DNA of 64,000 bases from a virus, in the IMG/VR virus record IMGVR_UViG_3300022074_000019, positions 13,924 through 77,923 of that record. One strand, given 5' to 3'. Below the pieces are notes generated by a model. It was given only the letters and a program-made list of their open reading frames with translations, did no database searches and was not told where the DNA came from. This document shows positions 28,280 to 37,645 of the stretch, piece after piece (within the stretch, counting starts at the first letter, position 1; each line of letters begins with the position of its first letter). The translations under genes and the position numbers were made by a program.

Positions 28280-28714
28280 TTAACTAATGAAGATAAGGTC
28301 TTCTTCAATTAGTTGTTCCCAATTAACACGGGGGATGTTTTCTAGTTGCTTGAGATTTGAAAAACGTTCTCCGCTTAAGGACATTCGCAATTCAACAATA
28401 CGCTTAGCAGTTGCATAGCCAACACCAGGCAGTCGTTTTGCAATCTGTTCAGCAGGAGCAGTGTTCAAATTTAGACGAGTATCTTCAATGGGTACTACAG
28501 GATTAGGAAGAGGCTCTTCTGGCGGAGGAGCAATTTGAGGTGCTTCTACTTTGGCCAGTCGGCCTTTCTCACGGCTATAAGGAACAAGCTGCTCTAGAGT
28601 TACATATGTAATGGCTCCACCAGCATCACGCACCATTGCATATTCCTTATCGTGCTTGGCAATAAATTCAACCAATTTGCCAGTCTTACTATCTTGAAAT
28701 AGATTACTATCCAT
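28280..28714 (-). CDS. Helix-hairpin-helix DNA-binding protein (ComEA-like HhH)
   Basis: LNLNTA...LPGVG...AKRIV. Confidence 0.75.
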   Translation of the reverse strand: MDSNLFQDSKTGKLVEFIAKHDKEYAMVRDAGGAITYVTLEQLVPYSREKGRLAKVEAPQIAPPPEEPLPNPVVPIEDTRLNLNTAPAEQIAKRLPGVGYATAKRIVELRMSLSGERFSNLKQLENIPRVNWEQLIEEDLIFIS

Positions 28715-28750
28715 TATTATTTAGGGTAAGCATACATTTATTATAGACAT

Positions 28751-28778
28751 AAAAAAGCGCCCCACAAGGAGCGCCTTT
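28751..28778 (-). terminator. Terminator of the capsid operon
   Basis: GC-rich hairpin followed by T6 on the minus strand. Confidence 0.55.
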
Positions 28779-28796
28779 GATGTTATTGATGATGGA

Positions 28797-29366
28797 TCAA
28801 TATCCAGAGCCGGATTCGCTCTTATAGGGGATACTGTAGTCATCAACGTCGGGGCCAGGAGCGTCAACGTAGTAGCAGACTTCAACCATAACGGCTGCAC
28901 AGTCAGCAGGATCAACGATCGTCAGAGCACCAGAGTAAGCAGCAGAGATGGTGATCTCGCTGGACTCGATGGACACAGCACCGTTGCTGAAGGTGGTAGA
29001 AGCACCAGCGGCGGGGAATGCACCAGCCACAGCAGCCAAAGAAGCTTCAGTGTTTGTGGTGGTAGTCAAACCATCAACAGCCACAGTGTCAGTGCCACTT
29101 GCTTTCAGGTTGGTAGTGCTGATAGCAGTGCGATAGACGGTAGCACCAGCGGGAACCTTAAAAGGCTTATCCAGACGGGGCTTGTCGTCAGCACGGAGGT
29201 CAGGAGAAAGGATCTCCAGAGCCAGGGTGCCACCGCCAGTTTGGTTTGCGGTGACGATAGCGATGCCACGGAGTTGGTAGTACTCAACACCGGGGACGGC
29301 CAGCACACCCTGTTCGCGATAAGCGTTCAGGTGAGCTACATAGTTACCGGGAAAAATTACAGACAT
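28797..29366 (-). CDS. Capsid decoration/minor capsid protein
   Basis: Directly after MCP, AGGAGG SD, same codon bias as MCP. Confidence 0.6.
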   Translation of the reverse strand: MSVIFPGNYVAHLNAYREQGVLAVPGVEYYQLRGIAIVTANQTGGGTLALEILSPDLRADDKPRLDKPFKVPAGATVYRTAISTTNLKASGTDTVAVDGLTTTTNTEASLAAVAGAFPAAGASTTFSNGAVSIESSEITISAAYSGALTIVDPADCAAVMVEVCYYVDAPGPDVDDYSIPYKSESGSGY

Positions 29367-29381
29367 TGTTAGTTCCTCCTA

Positions 29382-30509
29382 TCAATATACGAAAGAGTAA
29401 CCAACCGTGATGAAGTCCTTATTCAGTACTTCAAAACCGGCAAACAGGGACCAGATCATGATGATAAAACGAGAGAAGTCGTCGTTGTTGTTCAACAGGA
29501 TCTGAGCGTTGTTACCACCGATACCCACGCCAACAGCCTGAGGACCGAAGAAGATCAGTTGAGATGCGGCGTAATCAGCGGCACCTGAACCGGCATCGGT
29601 AATCGTCAGGTTGAAGGTCGTTTCAGGAAGGTTGGTGGACTCGAACCAACGGACACCTTCAAAAAGGAAGCCAGTGGGCATCACGGGCTGACCAGCCACA
29701 AAGCCGGCTTGGCCATAGCCAGGACCCATGCCTTGGAAGAAGGAAGCGTTGGGAGCAGCGTTGGGCTGCATGGGGTTGATCATGCCGTTACCGGGGTAAC
29801 GAGCAATCTCGCGGAAGTCAGAGTTCTGACGAAGATGCATCATCGCGGTCGGATCCACGATGCAGCGGTAGTAACCATCAGCGAAGGTCGGGACGTTGCG
29901 CTTACGCATGTCCTTGACGACTTCCAGAAGGTCAGTGGTCACGTCAAACTTGGCAGATTCACCAGCTGCGTAGTTGACGCCCTTGGCTTTGCCACCAGGC
30001 AGGTAATAACCACCTTGGTCTTTGCCAGCAATACCGTTGGCTTCGGCCTTCAGCAGTTCGTTTGCAAAGACGCGGTCACGCCAGCGGCGATAGTCGTCCA
30101 GCAGGGTCAGAGAACCGATGGACTGGTGGAAGACGTTGAGGTTACCGGTGTCAAGCAGCAGGCGCTGAGCGGTGATCAGGGTTTCGCGAGCAACCTTGAA
30201 AGTAGAAGGCTGGGCGCTGTCACGAGTATCGGCGGGACCGGTGTATTCGCGCAGGGTCACCAAGACCTTGTCTTTAACAATATTGCGTGCAGAGGCGGTT
30301 CCGAGGGTTTGATCTGCGGTCCGCTCACGGGACTCCTTAGTGCCAGGCTTGCCCCAGAAGCGATAGCGATCAAGCTGCACAGTTTGACCGGGTTGCTTAC
30401 TGAAGTCATGTACGACCACGGGCTCCACAGCCATCTCAATGATGTATGCGGGGTGGGGACGATACAGTTCGGCACCAAGAAGTTTTGGAAAATCATTATC
30501 AATCCACAT
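29382..30509 (-). CDS. Major capsid protein
   Basis: 375 aa; PGQTVQL, Y.CIV.P, G.LFEGVRWFES, DDFSR...W; strong codon bias. Confidence 0.85.
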   Translation of the reverse strand: MWIDNDFPKLLGAELYRPHPAYIIEMAVEPVVVHDFSKQPGQTVQLDRYRFWGKPGTKESRERTADQTLGTASARNIVKDKVLVTLREYTGPADTRDSAQPSTFKVARETLITAQRLLLDTGNLNVFHQSIGSLTLLDDYRRWRDRVFANELLKAEANGIAGKDQGGYYLPGGKAKGVNYAAGESAKFDVTTDLLEVVKDMRKRNVPTFADGYYRCIVDPTAMMHLRQNSDFREIARYPGNGMINPMQPNAAPNASFFQGMGPGYGQAGFVAGQPVMPTGFLFEGVRWFESTNLPETTFNLTITDAGSGAADYAASQLIFFGPQAVGVGIGGNNAQILLNNNDDFSRFIIMIWSLFAGFEVLNKDFITVGYSFVY

Positions 30510-30623
30510 CGGATCGTAACTCCAAAACTAAAAGGTTTATAAGCGACATTCGACTTTGCCGCATAACTAGATGTTACTTAAATTAGATATAATTTTTATA
30601 TGAATACCCAAGAATATTAGGTA

Positions 30624-31016
30624 ATGGAATTTATCGATAGCAAGGAATGGGTGCCTGTGCATACTCTTCCCGGTTTCGAATGCTGCATCGAATATTATGT
30701 AAATGCTTCTGGTGATATCAAAAGCACTAAAGGGACAATTGAACGTATTCTTAAACAGAAAATTGCAAAGACTGGATATCCTGTTGTTAATTTGACTCAG
30801 CGTGTGGGTCGTAAGAAGATACTTACTATTCCAGTTCATACACTTGTAGCTTTTGCTTTTCTAGGATTACCACCAACTCCCTACGGTAAGCGTAAAGGTT
30901 GTAGTGTTGTTCGTCATATTGATGGCAACAAGAAAAATAATAAAGTAGAAAACCTAATGTGGATCAAACGTCAGCAACAAAAAATAACTAAAATAGAGAA
31001 AGTAGAAATTGAGTAA
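30624..31016 (+). CDS. NUMOD4/HNH homing-endonuclease-like protein
   Basis: EW.PV..LPGFE..Y.V...G.IKS; VH.LVA.AF; VRHIDGNKKNN..ENL. Confidence 0.85.
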   Translation: MEFIDSKEWVPVHTLPGFECCIEYYVNASGDIKSTKGTIERILKQKIAKTGYPVVNLTQRVGRKKILTIPVHTLVAFAFLGLPPTPYGKRKGCSVVRHIDGNKKNNKVENLMWIKRQQQKITKIEKVEIE

Positions 31017-31024
31017 AACATCTA

Positions 31025-31540
31025 ATGGCTGATCGAGTTATCTACAAAGGTGGACAATCTGTTCCTGTCAATACTGGTGGTAATATTCAATTGGTCCTTC
31101 CCAAGCGTGGTAGTTATCATAGATTTCCTCGTTGGTGGAATAAGAAGCCCGGAGCTTATATTGAGTGTGCAATCTTTCGAGTCAAGCTAGATAATGGGTC
31201 TTACGTTCGTCTGATTATTCCTTCGGCAGACCGCATTAATCTTGAGATCCGTCACGACGGATTTGGTAACTTTACTTTTCCTGCAGCACGAATTGATCGG
31301 GTAGCTATTTTTAAAGATGAGTCTCCCGATCTGTTGGTTGAATATCAATTTTCTAAAATTTCTGGTGGCAAAGTTCTAAAGCGTAGTGTGTCTCCACTGC
31401 CTCCTTATCCTGCACCACCTGAGCCGCTTACTCCTTTGGAAAAGTTTCCACGTCGCCCTTCTGCTCTCAAACGTCGTAAAAAGACAACGATTAAAGTTGA
31501 GGTTAAAGATCAAGCTGAAGAATCGACGTCAGACAGTTAA
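31025..31540 (+). CDS. Hypothetical protein
   Basis: 171-aa ORF. Confidence 0.55.
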   Translation: MADRVIYKGGQSVPVNTGGNIQLVLPKRGSYHRFPRWWNKKPGAYIECAIFRVKLDNGSYVRLIIPSADRINLEIRHDGFGNFTFPAARIDRVAIFKDESPDLLVEYQFSKISGGKVLKRSVSPLPPYPAPPEPLTPLEKFPRRPSALKRRKKTTIKVEVKDQAEESTSDS

Positions 31541-32206
31541 CTTGCGCTGAGCTGTAGTTAGCTCGTAATATTCAATATATTTATCGCCTATCTCAAGACG
31601 TACATTGTAAGGAATCCTCTTTGTATTTCGAGCATGAAATCCTAAATAGAAGTAGTCTTTTGCCCCGATGAACATCTCATCATACGCAAATTCTTCGCGA
31701 TTTTTAGTGTATAGTCTGACGTCAAAATATGCATCAAGGAACCGATTCCCGGTTTTGAAATTTGTCAGTTTTACACTGACATAAGGCTTTTTGAACTGGG
31801 ACAAATCATTCGAAGTTCTCGCAGGTTCGTATGCATTAACAATAGATGTGTCTTCTGCAAAATTAAAGACCGCAGTATCGTAATCATTTGTCGTTCCGCT
31901 TTCTGGAAAAGTCCAGACATGGAAGTAATCATTTTCGGGTGTTTGGATGTTTGAAAAAGCACTTGCTGAAGAGACAACTTCCAAATCAATTTTTAGAAAC
32001 ACATTCTCTGTGCCAAACAGTCCTACAGCATCTTTGAAGTCAATAAGACGAGGGATTGCTGTAACTCGCTCAGTTTTGGCATTTTGAATGGTTGCTGAAT
32101 CTTTGGCAAAGTTCAGCGATTTACTAGATGCGTAGTTAGCTGGCAAGCTACTGCCGCTCCCACCCATAAGCAGAATTGAGCTATTAGTTTCTTCTGTGAC
32201 GTTCAT
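31529..32206 (-). CDS. Hypothetical (virion?) protein
   Basis: 225-aa ORF with TACAAT -10. Confidence 0.55.
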   Translation of the reverse strand: MNVTEETNSSILLMGGSGSSLPANYASSKSLNFAKDSATIQNAKTERVTAIPRLIDFKDAVGLFGTENVFLKIDLEVVSSASAFSNIQTPENDYFHVWTFPESGTTNDYDTAVFNFAEDTSIVNAYEPARTSNDLSQFKKPYVSVKLTNFKTGNRFLDAYFDVRLYTKNREEFAYDEMFIGAKDYFYLGFHARNTKRIPYNVRLEIGDKYIEYYELTTAQRKLTV

Positions 32207-32237
32207 TACTCATCTGCATGCCTATCACTATTGTAAA

Positions 32238-33179
32238 TTACAAATAACCATTTACCTCTTCTTGGTTATCACGCAATGCACGAAGAGCTTTTTGCTCTAG
32301 TGTCCGTACACGATCTCGTGACATATTTAGGATTTGACCAATAGCTGTCATTGACATTGGCTCAAGAATATCCTCACCAATTCCATACCGCATTGAAATT
32401 ACTGCAGCTTGCATTTCAGGCAATTCTTCAATCAAATGGCGGATATCTTCTTTGATGAACTGACGCTCAAGCAGTGTGTCAGGTAGTTGTGTTTCGTCTT
32501 CCAATAGATCTACAAGAGCGGTATCCCTGTTTTCTCCAATCTTGATTTCCAAAGACGTTGGTTGACGCGCTTTACACATCAGATCTTTAATTTCGTCAAC
32601 AGTCATTCCCATGTAATCTGACAACTGAAATACATTCGGCATCTCCCCATTAAGTTGGCTTAGTTCCCGCTGGGCTTTCTTAAGTTTGTTGAGGTTCTCA
32701 GTAACGTGGATCGGTAGTCGGATAGCACGTGATTTTTCCGCAATCGCCCGAGTAATCCCTTGCCGTATCCACCAATAAGCGTAAGTAGAGAACTTATAAC
32801 CACGACCAGGATCAAACTTCTCAACACCACGGACGAGACCAATCGTCCCCTCTTGGATGATGTCCAAGAGTTCCATGTTCCTCTTTGTGTATTTCTTTGC
32901 GACACTAACGACGAGCCGGAGATTGGCCGTAACCATTTTGTCTTTTGCTTTTTCTCCATCACGAATATCACGACGAAGTTCTTTTAATGATACTCCTAAA
33001 GATGTAGCAAGTTCTTCATTATTAGGATTAGAAAGTAATTCCTTGCATGCTTTGATTTCCATCAGTCGTTGTACTTGACGACCAAGCAGGATTTCTTCGT
33101 CATGCTCCAAAAGAGGAATCCGTCCGATATCACGAAGATAAGAACGGACGGAGTCTCCACTTAATTTAATTGCACTCAT
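32238..33179 (-). CDS. RpoD-family (group 2-like) RNA polymerase sigma factor
   Basis: Regions 1.2-4: DSVRSYL, ANLRLVVSVAKKY, KFSTYAYWWIRQ, SRDRVR.LE.KAL; no region 1.1. Confidence 0.95.
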   Translation of the reverse strand: MSAIKLSGDSVRSYLRDIGRIPLLEHDEEILLGRQVQRLMEIKACKELLSNPNNEELATSLGVSLKELRRDIRDGEKAKDKMVTANLRLVVSVAKKYTKRNMELLDIIQEGTIGLVRGVEKFDPGRGYKFSTYAYWWIRQGITRAIAEKSRAIRLPIHVTENLNKLKKAQRELSQLNGEMPNVFQLSDYMGMTVDEIKDLMCKARQPTSLEIKIGENRDTALVDLLEDETQLPDTLLERQFIKEDIRHLIEELPEMQAAVISMRYGIGEDILEPMSMTAIGQILNMSRDRVRTLEQKALRALRDNQEEVNGYL

Positions 33180-33234
33180 ATAACCCCTATGACTATCTAT
33201 TAATAATAGGGTATATTCTATTAATTTGTCAACA

Positions 33235-33564
33235 CTAAGCGCGAGATATTACGCCTACTATTTCTTCCTCTGGCTCACTATGTAGCATTGCAAATCTTGT
33301 ACTTTCTTTCGGAGCTTCCGTTGCACCTTCGAGGGCTTCAACTGCCATTGCCTGAGCGGCATGTTCGTTAAAACCTTTCTCTCGGTAGATGTCATAGAAA
33401 CGCTCATATTTTTCAATAGAGCTATCAAGATCTTCACCATGATGCAGCATTTCAGCCGTCAAATGATTGGCGGCTTGATCAGGCACACCATCGGTCTTAA
33501 GGTGCTTCCAAATAGTTTGGAATACCTCAGGATCTTGTTTAGGAGTTTCACCTGCTAATCGCAC
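33235..33564 (-). CDS. Hypothetical protein (RLAG motif)
   Basis: ORF with TAGAAT -10. Confidence 0.55.
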   Translation of the reverse strand: MRLAGETPKQDPEVFQTIWKHLKTDGVPDQAANHLTAEMLHHGEDLDSSIEKYERFYDIYREKGFNEHAAQAMAVEALEGATEAPKESTRFAMLHSEPEEEIVGVISRA

Positions 33565-33606
33565 GTAATTTACCTATCTATGACTTCAACTATTCTATCG
33601 AAACTA

Positions 33607-34095
33607 TTAACCGTATTGATTAGCTTCAGCAATCAAAGATCCAAGATCAGGTGATTGACCCATGCGCTTAGAAATTGCAATATTCATTTCAAACTGTTCA
33701 GGCCCAATGCGATCAATTTCAGCATTCAAGTTTTCCATACCTTTGGTTAACTGATAAGCATCCATTACATTTGCTTTAGCCATATCCCGATATTGAGCAG
33801 TAGCACTTTCAACACTCGAGGTTTCAGCCATCATTTTGGTTTGCATTCCTTGAGAAGCAGCAACTTGTTGAGGAATCGCAGAAATTGTGTTTTGTTGGAT
33901 ATTTTGAAGCTTTAGATCACCTTGGCGTTGCAGCTGTGCATTAGCACCAGGCTTGCTTGCCATCCCACCATCCATCATGTTGGTCATGCCTTGGTTGGGA
34001 GGAGTCATGGCTCCGAGACCCTGCTGCATAGAGGAGAATTGCATTGCCTCCCGTGCATAAGGAGCCTCACCCATTTGTTGAATACGTTGAGCCAT
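33607..34095 (-). CDS. Q/M-rich hypothetical protein
   Basis: ORF with TACAAT -10. Confidence 0.55.
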   Translation of the reverse strand: MAQRIQQMGEAPYAREAMQFSSMQQGLGAMTPPNQGMTNMMDGGMASKPGANAQLQRQGDLKLQNIQQNTISAIPQQVAASQGMQTKMMAETSSVESATAQYRDMAKANVMDAYQLTKGMENLNAEIDRIGPEQFEMNIAISKRMGQSPDLGSLIAEANQYG

Positions 34096-34125
34096 TGTTC
34101 AAATACTTTCTATACTTCTATTGTA

Positions 34126-34150
34126 AAAGGGCCACCGAAGTGACCCTTTC
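34126..34150 (-). terminator. Intrinsic terminator with cUUCGg loop
   Basis: Minus strand AAAGGGTCAC-TTCG-GTGGCCCTTTT. Confidence 0.75.
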
Positions 34151-34160
34151 GTTATTTAGA

Positions 34161-35180
34161 TCAATAGTCCTGAACCAGCATCTTGGACTGGAAGGCTTGA
34201 GGGCCAGCCTGAGCAAGATACTGCCAAGCATTCTCAGGATTGTTGTCCATCATGGAGCTGAAGTCACCCCAGAAGGAGCCAGCGCCGGACTCCTGACGAC
34301 CAGGGGTAGGCATATCCATTTGAGGACGTTCGAAGGACTGAGGCACGCCACGCTGTTCTTGAGCAATGATTTCTTGCTCAAACTGAGCACGAGCTTCATA
34401 CTGTTCGCGTACAGCGGTCTCTTCAGCGGTTTCAGTCGGGTAGGGACCTTCTGCACCAAAGAAGCCGTTGACGTAGTCAGCAAGGACGTCGGGATCAGTC
34501 AGCATGATGTTCATGGCGGCACGCTCTTCAGAAGCAGCGTCCAGCATGGTGTTCATGGTGGTGTTGCGGCCAACTTGCTCGATCAAAGCGTCTTCCACTG
34601 CACAGGCGTAGTTATTGAGCAGGGCAGGGGCTTCAGCACCAAAGTGCTCAAGAACTTCGAGAGAGACGTCAGAAATCTGACTCAGGTAAGAATCAGCTGC
34701 GGGAGCGGGGGCGGCTTGATATTGAGCGGCCTGTTCAGCTTGAAGCTGGGACAGATACGCCGCCTCCTGGGCCGAATAAGTTGGGGTTGAAGCTTGGGGA
34801 GCGTAAGTCGGCATCGCCTGGCTTGCCCATTCCGGAGCCTGGGGCTGTGAACCCAGCGGAGCCTGGATACTGGCCTGTGGTGTTGGTGTTTGATACGCCG
34901 AGTACGGTGCCGGGGCTTGGGACGCTTGCGGCGAATTCAGGCTTGCGCTGAGTGCCTGGAATGCTTCCTGCCATGGATTGTTGGCCGCCGCCGGAGCCGA
35001 AGCCTGCGGGGCCGCTGCCGGTTGGTAAGTTGCCGGTGCCTGGGGCATTACCGGCGCTTGAGCCTGGAAGCTCGACGGGCTGTTCGTCGCGAATTGGGAG
35101 GCCGAGTCGGGCACGCTTGCGGTCGGCATCGCTGAGCTTACGGGCGCGGACGGTGCTGTCGTCTGACTGATACTTTCCAC
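34161..35180 (-). CDS. Putative capsid scaffolding protein
   Basis: Acidic, P/A/Q-rich N-terminus; AAGGAG SD before GTG; MCP-like codon bias. Confidence 0.6.
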   Translation of the reverse strand: MESISQTTAPSAPVSSAMPTASVPDSASQFATNSPSSFQAQAPVMPQAPATYQPAAAPQASAPAAANNPWQEAFQALSASLNSPQASQAPAPYSAYQTPTPQASIQAPLGSQPQAPEWASQAMPTYAPQASTPTYSAQEAAYLSQLQAEQAAQYQAAPAPAADSYLSQISDVSLEVLEHFGAEAPALLNNYACAVEDALIEQVGRNTTMNTMLDAASEERAAMNIMLTDPDVLADYVNGFFGAEGPYPTETAEETAVREQYEARAQFEQEIIAQEQRGVPQSFERPQMDMPTPGRQESGAGSFWGDFSSMMDNNPENAWQYLAQAGPQAFQSKMLVQDY

Positions 35181-36930
35181 TGTAACTTAACTCCTTACGT
35201 AAAAATTCAAGGGATCGATAGAGGAATCCTGTGATGTCAAGATTCGGATCAGCCGCCAATGGCTGATTAGGCATTTGCGGGTGGGGCAGCTGATACAACT
35301 GACCTAACATCCCAATGAATGTATTAAAACTTTGTTGGGATTGCTGGACCATCCTGAAGGGATAGCCGGTCAACATTGCTGAGCGTTCTTCGTCAGTTTT
35401 GCTGGGGAAGAGATACTTAAGGGCTTCAATAGAATCAACACCTAGTTCTTGGAGGTTTCTGACGACGATACTATTATTAAGAATGCCCTGAGAATCCTCT
35501 TCGAAAATCTCACCGGTCCAGCGCCAATTAACTTTGCTGCTGCCGTCAGGGATTAAACCAGTAACCCCTTCAGGTATTTGACCTGATTCAATACTAGCAG
35601 AAAAGAGTTGTGCTCTATCATCTAGGTATTGTTTTTGATCAATTTGATATTGTAGTTCAGCATCAGTATAAAGTTCTTCAGTCTCAAACTCTTCGCGTAG
35701 AGGAATGCTTGGCTTTTCAAGCTCCATAGTTTTTGAAAATGATTCTTCAAAGATATGCTCTTCATGCTGAATCATCATTGCAAATAATTTACACAAACCA
35801 AAGTCAAACAATGCTTTGCATTTCTTTTCTGCAGTTGCGGCACACCTACCATAAAGAGATTTCATCTCATAAGCAGAAGCTGCGGTATTAATGTCAATAT
35901 CATCTACACCACCTAGTGCAAGACGAATTTCAGATCGATACTGTTTTACATAGAGATTTTGGTCACCACTTACAGCATCAGGTGTCATGTAAGACACACG
36001 ATCAGTTGGCTCAAGGTTGGCAATAACTCTAGGTACTTTGATTTGACCATCAATGCTTGATCCAAAACCGGGTGCACTTACACGTGTGCTAGGCCGATCC
36101 ATTGCAAAAAAGCCAGCTTGAGAACTAATAGTTGGCTTCATATTGCCTTCTTCACCAGACTCAAGAATGTCGTGACGAGGCCGACTAGAAACTAAAGTTG
36201 GATTTCCAAAGAACTTCATGTTCTTTCGAACATTACGCACTAGTTCATCGTGAAATAAAATTTGATTTGACAGCTGATCAAATTCTCCACTACCAGTATT
36301 CTCTCCTGTGCAGTCGATGTTATTAAACACTTCTACAGCAGGAATAAATCCGAGACTGTTAGTTAATTCTTCAGTTTGACCTGCTTGTCCCATAGGAAAA
36401 GTAGGCATTCCTCCTTGATCTTCAAAGTCAATTTTTTCGTTAGAAATTGTTTGAATAATTTTGTCTTTGTAGACCTTTAGGCGAATATACTTTTTCTTTC
36501 CGCCACGAGGATTAGGCATGGACATTGCGTCCATCAGATTTGCTTCTTTGACACCAAAACTGTATACAAGCTCTACATGTTCAATATCACCAAATTGATC
36601 ACGATAGCAACGATAACTATCTTTAGGAAAATAGAGCAGTTGATAGGTCTCTCCTTGAGGTCGAAAGTAAAATAAACCTTGACCATCACACAAGAAATAA
36701 TCGACAATACTGTCAAGTTTCATCTCAAGCATATTGTGCTCATAAACTTTTTTTATAAAAGATTTACGACTACCATACGAATCTTGTTCGCTATAAAATT
36801 CAACACCTCTACGAAGAATAAACATACGCATCTGAGCAAGATGCGAGGATACAATCATTGTGTCAATGGGAAGATCTCCTCGCTTTTCTTTAGCAGCCGT
36901 GAGTATTTCCTTGAATTGATGATTAGCCAT
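34735..36930 (-). CDS. Portal protein
   Basis: Size, position between terminase and scaffold, and LGFIP.VE..N motif. Confidence 0.7.
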   Translation of the reverse strand: MANHQFKEILTAAKEKRGDLPIDTMIVSSHLAQMRMFILRRGVEFYSEQDSYGSRKSFIKKVYEHNMLEMKLDSIVDYFLCDGQGLFYFRPQGETYQLLYFPKDSYRCYRDQFGDIEHVELVYSFGVKEANLMDAMSMPNPRGGKKKYIRLKVYKDKIIQTISNEKIDFEDQGGMPTFPMGQAGQTEELTNSLGFIPAVEVFNNIDCTGENTGSGEFDQLSNQILFHDELVRNVRKNMKFFGNPTLVSSRPRHDILESGEEGNMKPTISSQAGFFAMDRPSTRVSAPGFGSSIDGQIKVPRVIANLEPTDRVSYMTPDAVSGDQNLYVKQYRSEIRLALGGVDDIDINTAASAYEMKSLYGRCAATAEKKCKALFDFGLCKLFAMMIQHEEHIFEESFSKTMELEKPSIPLREEFETEELYTDAELQYQIDQKQYLDDRAQLFSASIESGQIPEGVTGLIPDGSSKVNWRWTGEIFEEDSQGILNNSIVVRNLQELGVDSIEALKYLFPSKTDEERSAMLTGYPFRMVQQSQQSFNTFIGMLGQLYQLPHPQMPNQPLAADPNLDITGFLYRSLEFLRKELSYSGKYQSDDSTVRARKLSDADRKRARLGLPIRDEQPVELPGSSAGNAPGTGNLPTGSGPAGFGSGGGQQSMAGSIPGTQRKPEFAASVPSPGTVLGVSNTNTTGQYPGSAGFTAPGSGMGKPGDADLRSPSFNPNLFGPGGGVSVPASS

Positions 36931-36965
36931 CCCTTATCCTCTATTTACTTTTAGTGTAACGGCAA

Positions 36966-37616
36966 TCAGTTAAACCGTAGTCCAGCAAATGCACCTTCTT
37001 CAGCTAAACGTCGCCGTGGCATTGATAAGGAATTACCAAACATCATTGACCCTCTAGTTTGGCTGTAATCATTTCCAATACTGGTGTAATCTCCAAAGGT
37101 GCTATCTGTAATATTAGTAGTCATATCTCCACGCTTACCAATGTTGGCATCAATGTTACCAGCATTAAACGATCCTGTTTCTCCGCCAATTACAAAGACG
37201 GGAGCTTCTTCTTTAATAGGAGGCATTACTGGTATTTCGAATACAGGTGAAGTAGGCTCCGGACGTAATTCAAATGGTGACTCCATTACTGGTGCTGAAG
37301 ATTCAGCAGGCTCAGTACCGATGTCATTAGCAGGATTCTTAGGCTCAGTCGGTGCAGGCTCTGCAATTTGCTTACCGGTTAAACGAGAGTAATCATCTTC
37401 AGCAAATTTTCCTCCCTGGAAAGCCATAATAATATCTTTATCGCTATATCCAGAAAGATCATATTTATTTCTATCTACCATGCCTAATCTTGCCGCGGCA
37501 CGCTCTGGATCAGCAGCGATGCGCTCGCGCGCGTTCTCATTACGTTGAGCAAGACTAAGTTCTTTTTTGAACTCATCGCTTCCTGCCATTCTAGTTTTAG
37601 ACATTATTTGTATCAA
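36966..37616 (-). CDS. Hypothetical virion protein (RMAG), paralogue of 37646-38956
   Basis: Shared IGK.GDM.T.IT.S.FG...S.GNDYS.T.G.M.FGN block; ATG start probably 37604. Confidence 0.55.
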   Translation of the reverse strand: MIQIMSKTRMAGSDEFKKELSLAQRNENARERIAADPERAAARLGMVDRNKYDLSGYSDKDIIMAFQGGKFAEDDYSRLTGKQIAEPAPTEPKNPANDIGTEPAESSAPVMESPFELRPEPTSPVFEIPVMPPIKEEAPVFVIGGETGSFNAGNIDANIGKRGDMTTNITDSTFGDYTSIGNDYSQTRGSMMFGNSLSMPRRRLAEEGAFAGLRFN

Positions 37617-37645
37617 ATAGGCATAAACCTATTCTACATAATTGA

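Noticed and set aside
29709-30542. 277-aa antisense ORF
   Set aside because: Shadow of the codon-biased major capsid gene.
34044-34790. 248-aa antisense ORF
   Set aside because: Shadow of the scaffold gene; 50869-51495 and 58989-59453 are similar shadows of other genes.
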